A DNA stretch of 60,664 nt from an uncultured Lachnospiraceae bacterium (GTDB taxonomy: Bacteria > Bacillota > Clostridia > Oscillospirales > CAG-272), in the NCBI GenBank assembly GCA_964569225.1, contig CAZMTU010000003.1, forward strand, positions 1 to 60,664. The letters run 5' to 3'. Position 1 is the first letter of the stretch. Each line of letters begins with the position of its first letter. The position numbers were made by a program, and so were the translations under genes. Shown here one piece after another: positions 55,439 through 60,664 of the stretch. The notes below the pieces were generated by a model. That model did not search any database and had not been told where the DNA came from. It worked only from the letters and a program-made list of their open reading frames with translations.

Positions 55439-55741
55439 ATGGAACAGGAACATACTTGCTGCCACAAAACCAAAACACGAACAGAAGATGAATATAAAAA
55501 TCTGATTCACCGTCTAAACCGCATCGAAGGACAGATTCGAGGCATTCGAGGTATGGTAGAAAAAAGCGCCTACTGTCCGGATATCCTGATTCAGGTAGCT
55601 GCGGCAAACGCGGCGCTGAATGCCTTTACCAAAGAACTGCTGGCCGAACACATTCGTACCTGCGTAGCAGACGATATTCGGGCAGGTAAAGACGACACCA
55701 TTGATGAACTGGTTTCCACCCTTCAAAAATTAATGAAGTAA
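55439..55741 (+). CDS. csoR: CsoR family copper-sensing transcriptional repressor
   Basis: L..RL.RIEGQ.RGI..M.E....C.DIL.Q..A...AL, with the C-H-C ligand pattern. AGGAGG lies upstream. Confidence 0.9.
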   Translation: MEQEHTCCHKTKTRTEDEYKNLIHRLNRIEGQIRGIRGMVEKSAYCPDILIQVAAANAALNAFTKELLAEHIRTCVADDIRAGKDDTIDELVSTLQKLMK

Positions 55742-55883
55742 ATCGGCTTATTTTATTTAAAGGCTTTTCCTGTTTCTTATCAAGCGGCAGCCTGAAAAAC
55801 AGTCAGCCATTTCGGCAGTAGGTATTGACACACGGATTAAAGCTCTGTTTTGCAGAATATACATAAGCGAAAGTTCAGCAAAC

Positions 55884-56393
55884 CTATTCCGCTCCGATCT
55901 GTCTGCTGTCGGCACGAAGCGTCAAAGTCAGCAGCGGATGCTCAAATCGCAAGGGCAGTCCATCAGAAGAACTAAGAAAGACCGTAATATCGCCCGCGAA
56001 CTTCAGAACATTTAATCCCTCCCCCGAATTTTCAGTTACTGAAGCAGAAATCAAATCCGATTCTTTCAATGAAAACAGGTCAAAAATCGCCTTTACTGTT
56101 GGATTCTCTTCCACAGGAAGTGTCATATCGTCCACAGAAAAGCAATAATCTCCCTCCGCAGAGCGGAAATAACCGCATCCTTCCACCGTTTCAGGTGAAA
56201 GGAAGATTAATGAACGACTTCCGTCCTCACGCAGTTTGATTTGAAGCACATATTCACCGTCTGCCAGTTTACAGGTCCCTACAAAGGTTGCATCCTTATC
56301 CTGATATTCTAAATACCCCGTATCCCGATCTGTACAAGCAGTACTTTGCAGAAAAACTGCTAAACAAGCTAATAGAATAAGCCATTTTTTCAT
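55884..56393 (-). CDS. Lipoprotein of unknown function, antisense between csoR and copA
   Basis: Lipobox LQSTAC. 169 aa. GGGTGA lies 7 nt upstream of the ATG. Confidence 0.65.
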   Translation of the reverse strand: MKKWLILLACLAVFLQSTACTDRDTGYLEYQDKDATFVGTCKLADGEYVLQIKLREDGSRSLIFLSPETVEGCGYFRSAEGDYCFSVDDMTLPVEENPTVKAIFDLFSLKESDLISASVTENSGEGLNVLKFAGDITVFLSSSDGLPLRFEHPLLTLTLRADSRQIGAE

Positions 56394-56544
56394 ATACTAA
56401 TCACCCATATAATGTATGAAATTAATCTGGCGCAAATACCAGATACGCACATTTTTCGCAATCAATCTCGTCTTTTTTTGCACTCTCTATCTAAGTCCGC
56501 CAACTGCTATTATCCCTTTATTGATTCAGAAAGGAAACACCCAT

Positions 56545-58761
56545 ATGAAACTGATCAGATTAAAAATTAACGGCATGACCTGCGCGGTTTGCGCCGGTCG
56601 GGTGGAAAAAGCAGCACTGCAATGCGGTGCTCAGACCGCCGAAGTATCACTTACCGGCAATTTTGCCAAAATTGTTTATGACGAGGCTGTAACTGACCCG
56701 GATCGGCTGATCAAAGCTATTGAAAACGCCGGTTACGGGGCTGAGGATGCCGCCACCGCCACAGAAGAAAAAGCACCCTCCTTTCCGTGGAAGTTGTTAA
56801 TTTCTGCCATCCTCACTGTCGTTTTAATGTACATTTCCATGGGGCACATGATCGGCGCGCCTCTTCCATCTTTCCTTACCGCTCATCTGCCCTTTGCCCT
56901 CAGTCAGGCAATTCTGACGCTGGGGATAGTTGTCCTGAATTTCCGCTATTTTACCGTTGGCTTTAAGACCCTTTTTCATCTCTCTCCTACTATGGATACC
57001 CTTATCGCGGTAGGTTCAGGCGCTGCCCTGATCTATTCCGCTGTGCTGACTGTTCAGATCGCTTTCTTTAATGCCGGACATGAAGCTGCCATGGGGCTTT
57101 ACTACGAATCAGCCGCCATGATTCTTACGTTAGTCAGCGTAGGCAAAACACTGGAGGATCGCGCCAAGCGGCGTACCCGCTCCGCACTGTCCGGTCTGCT
57201 CTCCATGGCGCCTGATCATGCTACCGTTCTTCGGGATGGCAAAGAACTGGATATTCCCGCTTCCGAGTTGGTAAAGGATGATCTGGTGCTCATCCGAACA
57301 GGTGACAAGCTTCCCGCCGACGGCGTAATCACGGACGGTATCGGACTTATTGATGAATCCGCCATGACCGGCGAAAGCGTGGACAGCGAAAAAGGCCCCG
57401 GAAGCGAGGTTCGTGCCGCCACCATCTGCCGAAGCGGTTCCTTCCGTTTTAGAGTTACCCGCGCGGGAGATGAAACCGCTTATGCCCGCATTCTCACTAT
57501 GGTAGAGGACGCTTCCGCGTCTAAAGCACCGGTTGCACGATTGGCGGATAAAATCGCCTCTATATTCGTACCGGTTGTAATGGGAATATCGCTGGTTTCC
57601 TTCCTTCTTTGGATGCTGATCACCGGCAACCTGCCGGATGCCCTTACCGCCGCTATTTCCGTATTGGTCATCTCCTGTCCCTGCGCATTAGGGCTGGCAA
57701 CCCCCACCGCTGTCACCTGCGGCATCGGCAAGGGCGCGTCCATAGGCATCTTTATCAAAGACGCCGCCACCCTTGAAACCGCCCGATCTATTGACACCGT
57801 AGTATTCGATAAGACTGGCACTCTTACCGAAGGCAAACTAACGCTGCAAAAAATTGTGCCCTCCAAATACGCTGAACTTGCCAATCTAAGTGAAGCCCGC
57901 CTTCTTCGCATTGCCGCACTGCTGGAGATCCGTTCCTCCCACCCTTCGGCGGTCGCTATTGTAAAGGCGGCAGGTATCGGAACCATGGAAGAAACAGCCG
58001 ATGACTTTGCGGAACTGCCCGGAAGAGGCGTGGAGGGTATTGTAGAGGGGCGTCGTTACTTCTGCGGTTCTCCCCGACTGATGAACGAGCGGGGCATCCA
58101 TTTATCTGACACACCCGAAGCGGGTAAGCTGCACATCTACCTCGCTGATGAGGAGCATCTGCTGGCCGCCTTTATTTTTACCGATTCGATTAAGGAAAAT
58201 GCCAAAGCGACAGTGGATGCACTGCGGAAAATGAACGTTCGCTGTGTAATGCTGACCGGTGACAGCCGCAATGTTGCGGAAGAGGTGGGCGGTTTGTTAG
58301 GACTTTCCTCATCGGATGTTCATGCCGAAGTGCTGCCCGACGGCAAAGCCGCCGTCATTGAAACACTTCGAAAAGAAGGCCGGCAGGTAGCTATGGTAGG
58401 CGATGGAATTAACGACGCTCCTTCGCTGGCAGCTGCACAGATCGGCATTGCCATGGGCGGAGGTCGGGATGTCGCTATTGATGCTTCCGATATTGTACTG
58501 CTCTTTGACCGCTTAGAGGATATTCCCGCCGCACTGGCACTTTCCCGCGCCTCTTACCGCATCATCAAAGAGAATCTTTTTTGGGCATTGATCTATAATA
58601 CCATCGGTATTCCGGTTGCTGCCGGCATACTGGCGCCCTTGGGCATTCTCCTATCCCCCATGATTGCTTCCGCCGCCATGAGTCTTAGTTCCGTATCAGT
58701 GGTTACCAATGCGCTGCGTTTAAGACGTTGGCGCTATCATTCCCCCAAAGTTAAATCATAA
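56545..58761 (+). CDS. copA: Copper-translocating P1B-type ATPase
   Basis: Start at MKLIRLKINGMTCAVCA (HMA domain), after AAAGGAAA. Motifs TGES, CPC, DKTGTLT and GDGINDAP. Confidence 0.93.
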   Translation: MKLIRLKINGMTCAVCAGRVEKAALQCGAQTAEVSLTGNFAKIVYDEAVTDPDRLIKAIENAGYGAEDAATATEEKAPSFPWKLLISAILTVVLMYISMGHMIGAPLPSFLTAHLPFALSQAILTLGIVVLNFRYFTVGFKTLFHLSPTMDTLIAVGSGAALIYSAVLTVQIAFFNAGHEAAMGLYYESAAMILTLVSVGKTLEDRAKRRTRSALSGLLSMAPDHATVLRDGKELDIPASELVKDDLVLIRTGDKLPADGVITDGIGLIDESAMTGESVDSEKGPGSEVRAATICRSGSFRFRVTRAGDETAYARILTMVEDASASKAPVARLADKIASIFVPVVMGISLVSFLLWMLITGNLPDALTAAISVLVISCPCALGLATPTAVTCGIGKGASIGIFIKDAATLETARSIDTVVFDKTGTLTEGKLTLQKIVPSKYAELANLSEARLLRIAALLEIRSSHPSAVAIVKAAGIGTMEETADDFAELPGRGVEGIVEGRRYFCGSPRLMNERGIHLSDTPEAGKLHIYLADEEHLLAAFIFTDSIKENAKATVDALRKMNVRCVMLTGDSRNVAEEVGGLLGLSSSDVHAEVLPDGKAAVIETLRKEGRQVAMVGDGINDAPSLAAAQIGIAMGGGRDVAIDASDIVLLFDRLEDIPAALALSRASYRIIKENLFWALIYNTIGIPVAAGILAPLGILLSPMIASAAMSLSSVSVVTNALRLRRWRYHSPKVKS

Positions 58762-58784
58762 AAATAAGAAAAGAGGAAAAAATA

Positions 58785-59003
58785 ATGTTATTCGGTTCAA
58801 AAAACACCTATACGCTGAAGGTTGAAGGCATGTCCTGCAAGCATTGCGCCGCTCATGTTGAAAACGCGCTGCATGCGATTCCCGGCGTTTCCAAAGCTAA
58901 GGTAGATCTGGAAGGTCACAGCGCCACCGTCACTGCCAAGTCATCGGTTAAACGGGATGATTTAATCGCCGCTGTCAAAGCTGCCGGTTATACCGCAGAA
59001 TAA
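58785..59003 (+). CDS. copZ: Copper chaperone CopZ (HMA domain)
   Basis: 72 aa with VEGMSCKHCA. AGAGGAAA lies upstream. Confidence 0.88.
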   Translation: MLFGSKNTYTLKVEGMSCKHCAAHVENALHAIPGVSKAKVDLEGHSATVTAKSSVKRDDLIAAVKAAGYTAE

Positions 59004-59009
59004 ATAACC

Positions 59010-59065
59010 GTCCGACCCTTCGATCATTACCGGTATTTTATCGGAATGATCAATAAGGGTTGGAC
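59010..59065 (+). terminator. Long imperfect hairpin after copZ
   Basis: GTCCGACCCTT.GATCATT.CCG / CGG.AATGATC..AAGGGTTGGAC followed by AGTTTACTTT. Confidence 0.5.
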
Positions 59066-59287
59066 AGTTTACTTTGAATATTATTTAAGCGAATTTTTCT
59101 GTCTGCTGCCATTTTTTTGCATTAAATGTGTAAATTTTTCTTCTAAACGCTTCCATTTTATCAAACTGTGTGCTATAATAAAAGCGTTGCAGGTTTTCAT
59201 ATTTTTAAAAATGCTTTCATTCTCCTTTATTGGAGATACCCATTTTTATTTGGAAAAAATTTAGATAGATTAAAAGGAAGTCAGTAT

Positions 59288-59989
59288 ATGAGCGAACTGA
59301 TTGAAAACGAAGGAAAAAAACGAATCATAGAAAAAGACGGCGGACGATATGAACGCCTTCCGATTAAAACTCATGTGATTACCGCAGAGGATGATATCCG
59401 CGATGTGGCGGAAAAATATGCGAAGCCCTATCTTCTTCCTGACGATATTCTCTTTATTTCTGAAAAGGCAGTTGCCTGTTCGCAGGGGCGCGCTATCCGT
59501 ATGGAGGACATTCATCCCCGTAAGTTGGCTGTTTTTCTCTCCAAATTTGTAATGAAATCGAACCGCGGCATTGGTTTGGGCATTCCCGAAACAATGGAAA
59601 TGGCACTTCAGGAATGCGGCACTCTCCGGATTCTCTTTGCCGCTGCCATCAGCGCCATCGGCAAGCTGTTCAGACAGCGGGGATGGTTTTATGTCATCGC
59701 CGGTACCAAAGCATCCTCTATTGACGGACCTACGCCTAATACCCTCCCCCCCTATAATCATTATGTGGTACTGGGTCCGGACAAGCCGGATGAAACCGCC
59801 GCTTCCATTTCCGAACGAGTTGGCTGTCGCTGCATTATTGTTGACATCAACGATATTGGCGGTAAAATTTTGGGCATCTCCGATCCGCACATGTCCCGTG
59901 AAAATTTGGCGAGAATTCTCTCAGATAATCCTTTAGGGCAAAATCACGAACAAACGCCTATGGGCATTATCCGCGCCATAGCGGAATAA
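59288..59989 (+). CDS. F420-0:gamma-glutamyl ligase (CofE)-like family protein
   Basis: The ATG at 59288 follows AAGGAAG. LPIKTHVIT..DDI..V......L..DDILFISEKAVA.SQGRA resembles the CofE N-terminal pattern. Confidence 0.65.
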   Translation: MSELIENEGKKRIIEKDGGRYERLPIKTHVITAEDDIRDVAEKYAKPYLLPDDILFISEKAVACSQGRAIRMEDIHPRKLAVFLSKFVMKSNRGIGLGIPETMEMALQECGTLRILFAAAISAIGKLFRQRGWFYVIAGTKASSIDGPTPNTLPPYNHYVVLGPDKPDETAASISERVGCRCIIVDINDIGGKILGISDPHMSRENLARILSDNPLGQNHEQTPMGIIRAIAE

Positions 59990-60017
59990 GTCGGTTATAT
60001 AAATTGCAGGGGAACCA

Positions 60018-60446
60018 ATGGATATTTGGGAGCAATTATATATAAAAGCAAAAGAACTGTACCATCCCATTGATGTTTCGCCTTTCATCTGTGCTCATCA
60101 TGTGGTATGTGCTTTAGAAGCTGAAAACGGTCAGATTTTTACCGGTTTTTGTATTGAAAGCTGCAGCGGCGTCATGAATTTGTGTGCAGAGCGTGTCGCG
60201 GCACTGAATATGTATGTAAACAGCGGTCAAACCGTTATCAAAAGATTAATTGCGTTTCGAGTTCGGGCGCCTTACGGCGGCGGAAGCGGCATACCATGCG
60301 GCGCTTGCAGAGAATTTTTGATCCAACTATCCCTTCAAAATAAATACACGGAGATAATGGTCGACTACGGCAAAAGAGAAATCATTACACTGGAAAAGCT
60401 TTTGCCAAACTGGTGGGGAGAAGAAAGATACCGAACAAGCTTATAA
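60018..60446 (+). CDS. Cytidine/deoxycytidylate deaminase-fold protein (small Cdd-like)
   Basis: CAE (LCAERVA) and PCGACREF zinc-ligand motifs. 142 aa. Confidence 0.7.
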   Translation: MDIWEQLYIKAKELYHPIDVSPFICAHHVVCALEAENGQIFTGFCIESCSGVMNLCAERVAALNMYVNSGQTVIKRLIAFRVRAPYGGGSGIPCGACREFLIQLSLQNKYTEIMVDYGKREIITLEKLLPNWWGEERYRTSL

Positions 60447-60664
60447 ATATTGTTCCCTATTTGCAAACGGCCTTCATACTGTTTTGCAAAGAAATTTATT
60501 CGGCTTAAATAAAAAATAGTATTTCAATTTTGGCTATCGAAAAATAGTGAACCGCGAAAGATCTTGTATTTTTTGTAGATTAAGGCATTCAAAACAACAA
60601 TGATTTTTGACTCTTGGATGCCCAAATGGTGCCCGTATTTCCTTTGATGATATAAAACGATACG

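Noticed and set aside
59270-59890. 206-aa minus-strand ORF overlapping the CofE-like gene
   Set aside because: It is antisense to a plus-strand ORF that has an RBS and family motifs, and it has no features of its own.

Overview
This is a 60.7-kb chromosomal window from an endospore-forming, Clostridia-type Firmicute. The assignment rests on spoIIGA-sigE, a reverse rubrerythrin, FeoAB, an LCP protein and many lipobox lipoproteins. GC content looks mid-range by eye. I support about 52 protein-coding genes, nearly all housekeeping or cell-envelope functions. The centrepiece is a nine-activity aromatic amino-acid supraoperon at 8.6-17.7 kb: aroF-tyrA-aroB-aroA-aroC-pheA-aroE/aroK-aroQ. The other blocks are listed below.
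- An ABC-like membrane locus at the left edge.
- A GGGtGRT / IscU-like gene pair.
- A transmembrane RCC1-repeat protein, followed by tagA-like, rnhA and LCP genes.
- spoIIGA-sigE.
- A decayed XRE-family regulator next to a 983-aa multidomain surface protein.
- feoAB and rbr.
- uppP, ftsK, tmk, mltG, a NifS-like desulfurase, prmC and ddl.
- A csoR / copA-copZ copper module.
- A CofE-like / cytidine-deaminase-like pair at the right edge.
I saw no rRNA, tRNA, CRISPR array, transposase, integrase, or recognisable phage or defence genes, so I cannot point to a classical accessory island. Four observations look most unusual.
1. A 26-codon leader ORF with a YYVYFYFY run, followed by an intrinsic terminator, sits between a near-consensus promoter and aroF. 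This layout fits classical ribosome-mediated attenuation.
2. The uncharacterised GGGtGRT / IscU-like operon has an operator-like palindrome on its promoter.
3. The csoR promoter carries two mirror-image CsoR boxes, while copA-copZ lies behind an antisense lipoprotein gene with no box of its own.
4. A visibly AT-rich 470-nt insert interrupts the aro operon.
All calls come from reading the sequence and the supplied ORF track by eye. No searches or folding programs were run.
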